From NCBI RefSeq assembly GCF_902826915.1, contig NZ_CADEGP010000001.1, positions 2,775 to 66,774 on the forward strand: a stretch of DNA of 64,000 nt, read 5' to 3'. Source of the stretch: an uncultured Nitrosomonas sp. (GTDB lineage: Bacteria; Pseudomonadota; Gammaproteobacteria; Burkholderiales; Nitrosomonadaceae). The notes beneath the pieces were generated by a model. It was given only the letters and a program-made list of their open reading frames with translations, ran no database searches and was not told the origin of the DNA. Of the stretch, positions 8,333-17,825 are shown piece after piece. Numbering within the stretch: the first letter of the stretch is position 1; each line of letters begins with the position of its first letter. Both the position numbers and the translations under genes were made by a program.

Positions 8333-10678
8333 ATGACTTTTGAGATCGTGTTGGTACTTGGGATTCTCTTTTCGTGCCTCATTCTTTTTGTCACTGAATG
8401 GGTGCGCATGGATGTGGTGGCGCTGATGGTGTTGTCAAGCTTGGCGATTTTTGGACTGGTATCGCCAGCGGAGGCAGTTAGCGGCTTTAGTAATCCGGCG
8501 GTGATCACGGTATGGGCGATGTACATTATGAGCGAAGGACTCACTCGTGCCGGTATTGCCGATCAAATCGGCGGTCTGGTGATGCGCGTAAGCGGACGAA
8601 GCGAAGTACGTATCATTACAATTTTTATGATCGCAGCAGGCGTACTATCAGCTTTTATGAATAATATTGCTGTTGCGGTATTAATGCTGCCGGTGGTAAT
8701 CGAGGTGGCTCGACGTTCCGCAATTGCACCGTCTCGAGTGCTGATGCCGTTGGCTTACGGCACATTGCTCGGTGGGCTCATGACGCTCATCGGAACTCCT
8801 CCGAATTTGCTCGTGAGTAGTGCATTGCGCGAGGCTGGAGAAGTAGAATTTGGTTTCTTCGATTTTGCCTATATCGGGGTGCCAATCTTGTTGATTGGTA
8901 CCGCTTTTGTCGCACTATTGGGTCGTCACTTGCTACCGACAACTGATACCACGAAGTTAATTGAAAAGAAACGAAACTTACAGGCTGAATACGGATTGCA
9001 GGAGCGTAACTTTGTTTTGCAGGTTCCCACCGATGCTCTGCTGATTGGCAAGACGATCGCTGACTCCGGTATGACCTGGGCTGCAGGTTTGGTGATCATT
9101 GCACTAACTCGCGCAGGCCGGACAGAAGTGCTGCCCAGGGCAAATACTGTGTTGCAAGCGGGTGATATTTTGCTTACCCAAGGTCGTTTTGATCACTTCG
9201 AGCGATTACGCAGTTGGAGTACGCTCAAGATTGAGCGCGAGGCACCAATCCTGCATGAGAGATTGTTGGTCGACAACAAGCTTGCCGAATTGACGGTGGC
9301 CGACAATGCTTCCCTGATTGGTAATCCGCTGCGCCACCGCGCATTTCGCGAGCGTTTTGGAGTCAATATATTGGCAATTCGACGTGAAGGATTATTGCGT
9401 CGTACACGGCTAGCGGAGATGGTGATCGCTACAGACGATCGTTTATTGGTGCAGGGTACGCCACAGGCGCTGGCAGCATTACATGATGTAGCGGAATTTT
9501 CCACTGTGGGGCCGGTTACGCCCGAGGAAATGCGGGAAAGCTATCAGCTCGACGCACGCTTGTTCGTATTGCATGTGCCGAACGATACGCCATTGTCTGG
9601 CTCTACATTGGCCGAGAATCAGTTAGGGGATGCTTTTGATTTTCGTTTGCTCGGCATTTTTCGAGAGGGTGAGGTGTTGGAGTCGCCGGTCTCAGAAGAG
9701 ATTATTCAAGCGGGAGATTTATTACTGATCCAGGGGCGGGAAAGTGATTTGGATATGTTGCGCGGTTTGCAGCAACTGGAGCGGCTGGACGATGTATCTC
9801 CTTATCTGGATGTATTCAAGCAAGGTGAGCTCGATTTAGTCGAAGCAACGTTATATCCACATAGTAAATTTGTCGGCCGCCGCGTGGAAGATCTGCAGTT
9901 CGATGAACATTATCAGGTGGAATTGGTTGCCATTTGGCGTGCAGGAAAACCGCACCGATCAAGCCTGCGTGCAATGACACTGCAATCGGGTGATGGGCTG
10001 CTCTTTGTAGGGCCGAAGGTACGTTTGGCCGGACTTAATGACATTGAAGATTTATTGATTCTTAATCCGATACAAGTCAAACCAATCAACACACATAAGG
10101 CACCGCTTGCCGGTGCGCTGATGTTGCTAGTCGTTGCTGCGGTAATTATGGAATTACTGCCCATTTCGATTGCAGCTATTGCGGGAGCCACCTTGATGGT
10201 GCTGAGCGGCTGTCTCAGCATGGAACAGGCACACCGCGCAATTGAGTGGCGATCAATCTTTCTGATCGCTGGTATGCTGCCACTTGGCATTGCAATGCAA
10301 CATACCGGCGCAGCCACTTTGCTAGCTCAAAACATGCTCGATCTACTAGGTCCTGGCGGGGCGTGGGTCGTTATCGCTGGGCTCTATATTGTCACTACAC
10401 TCGGCGCGCTAATCATGCCAACCGTAGCACTTGTACTCATCATGGCACCGATCGCTTTGACGCTCAGTTCAACGCTGGGTGTATCCGCGCAAACTGTTAT
10501 GATGGTGGTTGCAATTGCCGCAACCAGTCTTGCTAGCCCGGTGTCACATCCAGCCAATACCCTGGTAATGGGGCCGGGTGGATATCGATTTATCGATTAC
10601 TTGAAGCTTGGCATCCCGCTCACTATAGTTGTGTCTCTGGTTACGGTTTTTCTACTGCCAGTATTTTGGCCACTGTAG
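8333..10678 (+). CDS. SLC13/DASS-type anion permease with about four internal TrkA-C (RCK-C) domains
   Basis: 781 aa. The TM halves are the same as in the upstream paralogue (shared motifs such as GTPPNL and PxGHxxNxLVMGPGGYRF). The soluble insert is roughly twice as long. Confidence 0.8.
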   Translation: MTFEIVLVLGILFSCLILFVTEWVRMDVVALMVLSSLAIFGLVSPAEAVSGFSNPAVITVWAMYIMSEGLTRAGIADQIGGLVMRVSGRSEVRIITIFMIAAGVLSAFMNNIAVAVLMLPVVIEVARRSAIAPSRVLMPLAYGTLLGGLMTLIGTPPNLLVSSALREAGEVEFGFFDFAYIGVPILLIGTAFVALLGRHLLPTTDTTKLIEKKRNLQAEYGLQERNFVLQVPTDALLIGKTIADSGMTWAAGLVIIALTRAGRTEVLPRANTVLQAGDILLTQGRFDHFERLRSWSTLKIEREAPILHERLLVDNKLAELTVADNASLIGNPLRHRAFRERFGVNILAIRREGLLRRTRLAEMVIATDDRLLVQGTPQALAALHDVAEFSTVGPVTPEEMRESYQLDARLFVLHVPNDTPLSGSTLAENQLGDAFDFRLLGIFREGEVLESPVSEEIIQAGDLLLIQGRESDLDMLRGLQQLERLDDVSPYLDVFKQGELDLVEATLYPHSKFVGRRVEDLQFDEHYQVELVAIWRAGKPHRSSLRAMTLQSGDGLLFVGPKVRLAGLNDIEDLLILNPIQVKPINTHKAPLAGALMLLVVAAVIMELLPISIAAIAGATLMVLSGCLSMEQAHRAIEWRSIFLIAGMLPLGIAMQHTGAATLLAQNMLDLLGPGGAWVVIAGLYIVTTLGALIMPTVALVLIMAPIALTLSSTLGVSAQTVMMVVAIAATSLASPVSHPANTLVMGPGGYRFIDYLKLGIPLTIVVSLVTVFLLPVFWPL

Positions 10679-10694
10679 ATTCAATAAAGATCCT

Positions 10695-10728
10695 CCAATA
10701 ACAGTACTTGATAAAGCGCTGTTATTGG
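10695..10728 (+). terminator. Hairpin (10-bp stem CCAATAACAG / CTGTTATTGG) downstream of the SLC13 pair; possible terminator
   Basis: Perfect 10-bp inverted repeat with a 14-nt loop, 17 nt after the stop codon. No clear T-run follows, so function is uncertain. Confidence 0.35.
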
Positions 10729-10812
10729 GATGAATAATTTATAATACGACCTGAAGAAATCGAACTCACAGTTTTAGAATGATCAGGTGCACAATAATGT
10801 AGTTATAGCAAT

Positions 10813-11847
10813 ATGCTCAAACCTAATAGGATCCTATATAAGTTATTTCATGATTATGGAATCGGGAGCAAGATAATTCTTGTTCTAGTCTTAAGTTGCA
10901 CTTTTTCTGTGCAGGCCGCAAGTTCCCTGCATATACAGGATATCATCCAGCAACTTGGAATTTGGCAGCAAGACCTCGTAAATTTGGAACAAGGGAAAGT
11001 TGTTTCCTTTCAGATTACTGAGAATGACGAAAAAGAATTGGCTGCCGGTGTTGCTATCTATATTTCGTCAACACCAGCCAAGGTTATCGAATTTCTCAAG
11101 AATCGGGGCATGGCATCGGTGGATACTGAAATTATTTCTCAATCCATTATTTCTCCGCAAACAACGTTGAATACTTTCAATGAATTATATTTTAAGTTGG
11201 GTCGTAAAGAGGAAACGGATCTTCTGACGGCCAAACCGGGTAGCAAATTCAACCTGTCCACTCAGGAATTCAAGACTCTTCAAACCATAAACTCAGCACA
11301 GATTGATTTGATATCGCGGACTTACAAAGAGATTTTATTCGATCGATGGCAAATTTATCGTACTGAAGGTTTGAAGGGAATCGCGCTGTATGATCGCGGT
11401 GCTGGCAGGGTTTCTGACCCAGGTAAAGAACTGCGTGCTGCCATATTAAACAACAAAGTATTAGTCAATCATTTACCCGAACTGTATCAGACCTGGCTTA
11501 ATTATCCTGCAGCCATGTCTACAGATGCTGAAGAACGATTTTTCTTGATTAATCGTCAAGTTGAGAATCGCCCAACGGCAGTTCTGCTGCATCGCATCAT
11601 ATTAGCTGAGGATGCCGGCGGGATAATTCTTTCCCGGCAGTTTTATGTCGGACACTCCTATAATTCAAACCAGTTAATTATTGGTTGTTTACCCTATCGT
11701 GGTGGCTCATTAATTTTTTATACTAATCGGACTTTTACTGATCAAGTTACCGGTTTTGGCGGTGGTTTAAAGCAGTCAATCGGACGTGAACAAATGCGTC
11801 GCAGAATGGACAGGCACTTAATAAATCTAAGAAATGCCTTAAGATGA
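10813..11847 (+). CDS. Secreted hypothetical protein
   Basis: 344-aa ORF with an N-terminal hydrophobic signal-like segment (ILVLVLSCTFSVQA/AS). I recognise no motif. Confidence 0.6.
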   Translation: MLKPNRILYKLFHDYGIGSKIILVLVLSCTFSVQAASSLHIQDIIQQLGIWQQDLVNLEQGKVVSFQITENDEKELAAGVAIYISSTPAKVIEFLKNRGMASVDTEIISQSIISPQTTLNTFNELYFKLGRKEETDLLTAKPGSKFNLSTQEFKTLQTINSAQIDLISRTYKEILFDRWQIYRTEGLKGIALYDRGAGRVSDPGKELRAAILNNKVLVNHLPELYQTWLNYPAAMSTDAEERFFLINRQVENRPTAVLLHRIILAEDAGGIILSRQFYVGHSYNSNQLIIGCLPYRGGSLIFYTNRTFTDQVTGFGGGLKQSIGREQMRRRMDRHLINLRNALR

Positions 11848-12060
11848 AAGTATGAATGATTGGCAATTTAAGGCGTCAAAGAAATCGATTGCTAATCATT
11901 GTCGTTATTAGCATATAACTTTGGGGCTGCACAAAAATATTGCTTAAACTATGTCTGAGAAGGCTTTCTTTCATGCGTATAATTGGTCTTGATGCTGATT
12001 CTTCGTATATTTTCATTTAACACATTGTGCTAGAGTAATTATCAAGAGTTTTATTCGTAA

Positions 12061-12720
12061 ATGAATTCTAAGGTCATCATTCGGAACACCGGTGTTTGCG
12101 ATATCAAGCCACTTATAGATCTGCAGAAAAGAGTCTATCCAACCATCCCTTCCTGGCGTGAAGATTTGTTGAGACACCAACTCGAGGTGTTTCCACATGG
12201 GCAGCTGGTGGCAGAGATAAATGGTCAGTTGGTTGGCGCAGCTAGCTCGCTAGTAGTGTCGTGGAATGAGTGGGAAGTGCAACATACGTGGCAAGAGATC
12301 ACTGCGCGCGGCAGTTTCGATACCCATAATCCGCATGGTTTGACGCTCTATGCTGCGGAGGTTTTTGTCAATCCACGACTGCAAGGTTCTGGGATCGGTC
12401 ACGCTCTTTATCAAGGACGGCGGAGGCTGTGTCGGAAGTTTAACCTCAAACGTATCATTGCCTGCGGTCGCTTGCCAGGCTATCATCATTATGTTGATCA
12501 GACGCCGGTCGAGCTTTATGTGCAGAAAGTTATATGGGGCGATATTCATGATCCTGTGCTCAGCTTTCAATTACATGAAGGTTTTAATTACTGCGGTATA
12601 GTCAGCGGGTATATTCCAGAGGACCAAGAGAGTCTCGGTTATGCCGCGTTAATTGTCTGGCTCAATCCTCGCTACAACAGAAAAAAACCTACATTGATTT
12701 CTGAAGGAAATAGCTTATGA
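12061..12720 (+). CDS. GNAT-family N-acetyltransferase
   Basis: 219 aa with an acetyl-CoA binding-type motif (VNPRLQGSGIGHALY). The stop overlaps the next gene's start in ATGA. Confidence 0.7.
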   Translation: MNSKVIIRNTGVCDIKPLIDLQKRVYPTIPSWREDLLRHQLEVFPHGQLVAEINGQLVGAASSLVVSWNEWEVQHTWQEITARGSFDTHNPHGLTLYAAEVFVNPRLQGSGIGHALYQGRRRLCRKFNLKRIIACGRLPGYHHYVDQTPVELYVQKVIWGDIHDPVLSFQLHEGFNYCGIVSGYIPEDQESLGYAALIVWLNPRYNRKKPTLISEGNSL

Positions 12721-13610
12721 AAGTACGTATCGCTGCAGTGCAATATTTGTTAAGGTCTATCGATGGCTGGGGTGGTTTTGAAAACCAGGTTCGTTTCACT
12801 CTCAAAGCTGCTGCCGAATATAAACCCAATTTCGTCATGCTGCCGGAAATTTTTACCAGCCAATTGTTGTCCTTTCTCGATACCGATAATGATATCAAAT
12901 CTGCCGTGCGCCGCATGCATGACTATACGCCGCGTTACCTGGATCTAATGACTGAGTTAGCGAAAAAATATAATTTTTATTTGATTGCTGGCACCCATCC
13001 CAATCTGCGGGATGGCTTGCTTTATAACACGGCGTTTATGTTCACACCTAACGGCGAGATGTTTACCCAGGACAAAATCCACCGTACTCGCTGGGAAAAA
13101 GACAAGTGGGATACTGCCGCTGGCAATAAATTGCATCTGTTTCAAACTGACTACGGCGCCATCGCCATCCTCATCTGCTACGACATTGAGTTTCCAGAGT
13201 TGGCTCGTCAGGTATGCGAAGCGGGTGCAGATATCCTGTTCGTACCTTCATCCACTGATGATCGACAAGGCTACCTGCGTGTGCGCTACTGCGCTCATGC
13301 GCGTGCGATCGAGAATCAAGTTTATGTGGCAGTGGCCAGCACTGTAGGCAACCTGCCGGTAGAAGGGCTGGGCCTGAATTATGGTCAGTCCAGCATCATG
13401 ACTCCATCTGATTTTCCGTTCTCGCGTGACGGCATTGCGGCAGAAGGAGAAGTGAACTTGGAGCAGGTGGTTATCGCCGATGTCGATCTTGATACACTGG
13501 CGCAGAATCGCATCAACGGTACAACCATTCCTTTATATGACAAGCGGCGAGAAGTGTATCAAAACCCGGTGGAGATTGTGACCTCACTGTGCGACCCCAG
13601 GAAATCGTAA
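12717..13610 (+). CDS. Carbon-nitrogen hydrolase (nitrilase superfamily)
   Basis: 297 aa. The E-K-C triad context is recognisable (MLPEIF, HRTRWEKDKW, AILICYDIEFPE). It is translationally coupled to the GNAT gene. Confidence 0.8.
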   Translation: MKVRIAAVQYLLRSIDGWGGFENQVRFTLKAAAEYKPNFVMLPEIFTSQLLSFLDTDNDIKSAVRRMHDYTPRYLDLMTELAKKYNFYLIAGTHPNLRDGLLYNTAFMFTPNGEMFTQDKIHRTRWEKDKWDTAAGNKLHLFQTDYGAIAILICYDIEFPELARQVCEAGADILFVPSSTDDRQGYLRVRYCAHARAIENQVYVAVASTVGNLPVEGLGLNYGQSSIMTPSDFPFSRDGIAAEGEVNLEQVVIADVDLDTLAQNRINGTTIPLYDKRREVYQNPVEIVTSLCDPRKS

Positions 13611-13732
13611 TCTTTTCTTGGAAGGGGTTCGAAATATAAATCGCGGGATTTGGGTTTTTAGATTACCATTTATCTTAATGTGATCTGCATTAGGATTTAT
13701 CTGACATTTGTCAGAGTTTCTTGGCAACGGTA

Positions 13733-13756
13733 TGCTAATCTCTTTAAAGATTAGCA
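13733..13756. promoter_or_regulatory. Inverted repeat TGCTAATCT-N6-AGATTAGCA upstream of 13813; a second palindrome CTGACATTTGTCAG lies at 13701..13714
   Basis: Read directly. The 9-bp arms are 57-80 nt upstream of the ATG. Function is unknown. Confidence 0.3.
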
Positions 13757-13812
13757 TCTCGATTCTGCATGTTTTTGCTATATTTATCAATCTTATGGAT
13801 ACATAAAGACCG

Positions 13813-14835
13813 ATGCAAAATTTAATCAACAAACCCATTCATATTCTGGGAATAGGGGGTATTGGCGCAGCACTTGGCTGGGCGCTGGCGCAGCAAGGTT
13901 ATGTCGTGATTCTGGTGGACAGTGACCGCAGTAAGGTGGCTGAGGGTAAAAAGCATGGTGTGACGGTGGTTGCATTAGGGACACAAGTCGTTCCGTTCGT
14001 TTCATTTGATGACTGGATACCACCGGAGGAGGGATTCATTCTGCTTTGTACCAAAACCTATGATAATCCAGAAATATTGGCCCGCTTATCGGCAGATGCT
14101 TTCTTGGTTCCGGTGCAAAATGGTTTTGACCCGGAACTTGATCGGCGCAATCATGCGTGTGAAGGTATTGCCTCTTTCGTGTCGGAATGTCAGCGTGATC
14201 GCCCGATGACACGAATCACCCGGCCTGGCAGTCTGCACATTGGGAAGCGGCGCCCCATTACAGATGAAGAGCATGTTGAGATAATATCATTGGTGCTGGC
14301 TCTGGGAAAAGCCAAGTTATTTCCTGTTGAATATGTGGCGGATATCCGGCCTTATAAGGCAACAAAGCTTATGTACAATGCCGCTATATCACCACTTGCT
14401 GCTGCGGCTGGTGTGGATAATGGAGAATTGCTGACCGATAAATTGGCAAAACTGCTTTTTTTTGCATTGCTGCAAGAGAATTATGCGATTCTTCAAAATG
14501 CCAAAATATCCCTTGCCCGTATTGGCCCTTTTCATCCAAATACCGTGTCTTTAATTTTACGCACGCCTTGGTTGCCGGCAGTGATGGCTGTGTTTTTCCG
14601 CCCATCGTTGCGTGGTACCTACTGCTCTATGGCTCCGGATATGCACGTTCATCATGCGCGCACTGAAATCGATGCGTATACTGGTCATCTGATTCGGCTT
14701 GCGGGAGAATTTCCATGCCCCTTGAATCGCGCCGTGCTTGCACTCATTATGAAGATCACCACTGAAGATCTGAAACCACAGTATCAGCATTTACAACATT
14801 TGGCAGGCCATTTGCCGGAAGGGATTCGCTCTTGA
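13813..14835 (+). CDS. Ketopantoate reductase (PanE/ApbA) family oxidoreductase
   Basis: 340 aa with an N-terminal Rossmann motif (ILGIGGIGAALGWALAQQG). The central K..KLMYNAAISPLAA helix is typical of the family. Confidence 0.65.
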   Translation: MQNLINKPIHILGIGGIGAALGWALAQQGYVVILVDSDRSKVAEGKKHGVTVVALGTQVVPFVSFDDWIPPEEGFILLCTKTYDNPEILARLSADAFLVPVQNGFDPELDRRNHACEGIASFVSECQRDRPMTRITRPGSLHIGKRRPITDEEHVEIISLVLALGKAKLFPVEYVADIRPYKATKLMYNAAISPLAAAAGVDNGELLTDKLAKLLFFALLQENYAILQNAKISLARIGPFHPNTVSLILRTPWLPAVMAVFFRPSLRGTYCSMAPDMHVHHARTEIDAYTGHLIRLAGEFPCPLNRAVLALIMKITTEDLKPQYQHLQHLAGHLPEGIRS

Positions 14836-15815
14836 TTTTAGTCACCGGCGGTGCTGGTTTTCTGGGTTCACATTTAGTCGCGCAATTATTGGATGCGGGT
14901 CAATCAGTTCGTGTTCTGGAACGACCGGGAGCCGGCGTTGCCCATCTGCCACTGAACCAGATTGAGTTGATCAGCGCTGATATTCGTGATGAGTACGCGG
15001 TTAGGAAAGCCACACATGATTGTGAATATGTTTATCATTTGGCTGCAGATCCCAATCTCTGGCGCCGTGACCGGCGAGAATTCGATAGTATTAATCGCCT
15101 CGGTACGCTTCACGTCATGCGTGCTGCACTTGAGAGCGGCGCCAAACGAATCTTGTATACAAGTACCGAAAGCATTTTGACATCCCGTAGTCCTAAGGGA
15201 GGCGCTGTTGAAACACTTCGGTTCAAAGCAAGCGATATGCTGGGTCCGTATTGTCTTAGCAAGTTTCTAGCAGAGGAAGAAGTATTTAAGATGGTGTCAG
15301 AAGGCGCTCCCATTGTGGTGGTTAGCCCCACTTTGCCGGTAGGGCCCGGAGATCGATTGCAAACGCCACCCACTCGATTATCGTTAGCATTCTGCAGAGG
15401 AGAGTTGCCAGCCTTTTTGGATTGCCAGTTTAATCTCATTGATGCGAGAGACGTAGCGACGGGTATGATTGCAGCAATGGAAAAAGGTAGGCCGGGAATT
15501 CGTTATTTGCTGGGAGCAGAAAATCTTTTGCTTTCAGATTGGTTACGCATTTTAGGCAGGGAGACGGGGCAACCTTTGCCACGCTGGCGGGTTCCTTATT
15601 TGCTTGCCCTGCTTGCGGCAGGAATTAGTGAAGCATGGGCCGATTATGTTAGCGGTAAAATGCCGTTAGCTACGCTAACCGGGGTGCGCTTGACTCGCCG
15701 CAGCATGTTTTTTGATCCTTCTGTCAGTCTGCATGAACTCGGATTGCAGCCACGTTCTATACATGTGGCTGCTCATGATGCCATAACTTGGTATCGCTCC
15801 CAAGGTTGGCTCTAG
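14832..15815 (+). CDS. NAD-dependent epimerase/dehydratase (dihydroflavonol-reductase-like SDR)
   Basis: 327 aa with the TGGAGFLGSHL glycine motif and YxxxK context (YCLSKFLAE). A TTG start overlaps the upstream stop. Confidence 0.75.
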   Translation: MILVTGGAGFLGSHLVAQLLDAGQSVRVLERPGAGVAHLPLNQIELISADIRDEYAVRKATHDCEYVYHLAADPNLWRRDRREFDSINRLGTLHVMRAALESGAKRILYTSTESILTSRSPKGGAVETLRFKASDMLGPYCLSKFLAEEEVFKMVSEGAPIVVVSPTLPVGPGDRLQTPPTRLSLAFCRGELPAFLDCQFNLIDARDVATGMIAAMEKGRPGIRYLLGAENLLLSDWLRILGRETGQPLPRWRVPYLLALLAAGISEAWADYVSGKMPLATLTGVRLTRRSMFFDPSVSLHELGLQPRSIHVAAHDAITWYRSQGWL

Positions 15816-15914
15816 TTAGCAACGAAGATTGTACCGACTATGTTGTGGAATCGGGTTAGAATTAATTCAAAATTGATGGGTTGTCAGTAATTAAAATACT
15901 CGCAAGTAAGTGTC

Positions 15915-17819
15915 ATGATTTCTTGTCAGGTCAACAGAGTCGTGGCAAATTTCCAGTTTTGTTCATACCATGTGATAAATCAAATAGAATTAATAGCGCT
16001 GAGGAAATTTCTAATATTTGATCAAATCTTCAAATCCAGTTTTCAGTTTTCCGTTGATCGTTTTTATATCCGAATCTGGGTACTTATCTTGTTACTCCTT
16101 AACCTTAATCCGGGCATCGTTACAGCGCAGGAAGCACAGAGTATTACAAAGAATTCGACGGTAATTATCTTGTCGGCACCTGATAACATCAAAGAATTTC
16201 TTGTTAAATATTTTAAGCTTCCATCAGAACCTTTTGCTGATGCTGCTGCTGAAGAAATCTTTTTGTACCGTGCGCAAAAAGAAATCCGCGATTTGTTGGC
16301 AACCGAAGGTTATTTTTCTCCATCGATTTCAGTGTTGCATCAAATTCAGGATAATGTTGCTACACCTGAAATCAAAATTGATCCTGGCGCATTGACGCGT
16401 ATTGGCAAGGTTTTGATTACATTTCAAGGCGAGGTTGCTCGCGAAGAAACAAAATACCAGGAGCGTATCAAGCAACTTCGTGCCACATGGCCGCTGAAAG
16501 TAGGCTTGCCCTTTCGTTCTTCCGAATGGGAGAAAGCAAAAGCGACTTTGTTGTCGAAGGTAACAGAAGAAGAATTTGCTGCGGCGCATATTGTGAGTAG
16601 TCAGGCTACTGTTGATCCCGATAATGCGCGCGCTGATCTTTCTGTCATTATCGATTCCGGACCTGCTTTTTACTTGGGTGAAATACAGATCACTGGATTG
16701 GAGCGTTTTGATTCCACATTAATCACCAACCTTGCTCCTTTTAAAGCGGGCGATATTTATCGGCGGGATGTATTGCATCTTTATCAAATTACGCTGCAGA
16801 AAGGGTCGCAATTTAGCTCTGTTTCGGTCAGTGTTACGCCGGATGTCGCGCAACATCAGTCCGTACCCGTTCAGGTTATGTTGACGGAAGCTCAATCGCA
16901 GCGTTTTGCCTTTGGCGTTGGTTACAGCTCGAATAATGGCGCACGCGGTGAGATCAATTACCGCAATCACAATCTCATGGATCGCGCCTGGAATTTAGCC
17001 AGTATGCTGCGTCTGGAACAAAAGCGGCAAACTTTTTTTGCCGGGATTGATACCTTGCCTAATCAGAATCATGTCAATTATTCGTTGGGCGCCAGTCTGC
17101 AAATGACGGATATCGAGAGACTAAAGACTATTGAAGAAAAAGTTGGTGTTACGCGCAATTACCAAACACAAAAAATTCAAATGCATTTTGGTTTGAATTG
17201 GCATCATGAAAACAAAAAGCCTGACGGTGCAATTAACCAGATTAATGAAGCACTCGTTCTCGATTGGCGCTGGAGGCGCCAGGTTTTTGATGATCCAGTT
17301 AATATCCGGCGTGGTGACGTAACAGAGCTGCGTGTCGGCGGCGGTAGTCAGCTACTTTTGTCAGATCAGGATTTTCTTCGTACCTATGCGCGACATCAGA
17401 CTTGGTGGCCCGTTGGTTCTAAGGATGTCTTTTTTTTGCGCGCAGAAGTTGGCTATACGTTAGCCTCGTCACGCTTTGGCATTCCGCAGGAATATCTATT
17501 CCGCGCCGGTGGAATTCAATCGCTGCGCGGGTATGATTTTAAAGGCATAGGCGTGCAAGAAGGCAATGCGGTTGTGGGCGGTCTCGTTATGGTTACAGGT
17601 ACCGCTGAATATACGCATTGGTTAACGCAGCAGTGGGGCGCTGCCGCCTTTGCAGACATCGGTGGTGCTGAGGATAGTTGGCAAAAGATTCACTCTTTTT
17701 TAGGCTATGGCGCTGGTGTCCGCTGGCGTAGTCCGGCGGGGCCAGTCGCACTTGATTTGGCCCGGGGGCATGAAACCGGTTCGCTACGCGTGCACTTCTC
17801 AATGGCTGTGGCATTCTGA
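15915..17819 (+). CDS. tamA: Outer-membrane translocation and assembly module protein TamA (Omp85/BamA family); true start probably downstream of 15915
   Basis: POTRA-like N-terminal region plus a C-terminal surface-antigen (D15) beta-barrel ending in an aromatic residue (SMAVAF). The signal peptide (IWVLILLLLNLNPGIVTAQEA) begins about 50 codons into the ORF. tamB follows 7 nt later. Confidence 0.8.
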   Translation: MISCQVNRVVANFQFCSYHVINQIELIALRKFLIFDQIFKSSFQFSVDRFYIRIWVLILLLLNLNPGIVTAQEAQSITKNSTVIILSAPDNIKEFLVKYFKLPSEPFADAAAEEIFLYRAQKEIRDLLATEGYFSPSISVLHQIQDNVATPEIKIDPGALTRIGKVLITFQGEVAREETKYQERIKQLRATWPLKVGLPFRSSEWEKAKATLLSKVTEEEFAAAHIVSSQATVDPDNARADLSVIIDSGPAFYLGEIQITGLERFDSTLITNLAPFKAGDIYRRDVLHLYQITLQKGSQFSSVSVSVTPDVAQHQSVPVQVMLTEAQSQRFAFGVGYSSNNGARGEINYRNHNLMDRAWNLASMLRLEQKRQTFFAGIDTLPNQNHVNYSLGASLQMTDIERLKTIEEKVGVTRNYQTQKIQMHFGLNWHHENKKPDGAINQINEALVLDWRWRRQVFDDPVNIRRGDVTELRVGGGSQLLLSDQDFLRTYARHQTWWPVGSKDVFFLRAEVGYTLASSRFGIPQEYLFRAGGIQSLRGYDFKGIGVQEGNAVVGGLVMVTGTAEYTHWLTQQWGAAAFADIGGAEDSWQKIHSFLGYGAGVRWRSPAGPVALDLARGHETGSLRVHFSMAVAF

Positions 17820-17825
17820 GCGTAC

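Noticed and set aside
13620-13650. A GGGGTTCGAAAT string resembling a tRNA T-loop.
   Set aside because: No acceptor stem, anticodon arm or D-arm can be drawn from the flanking sequence.
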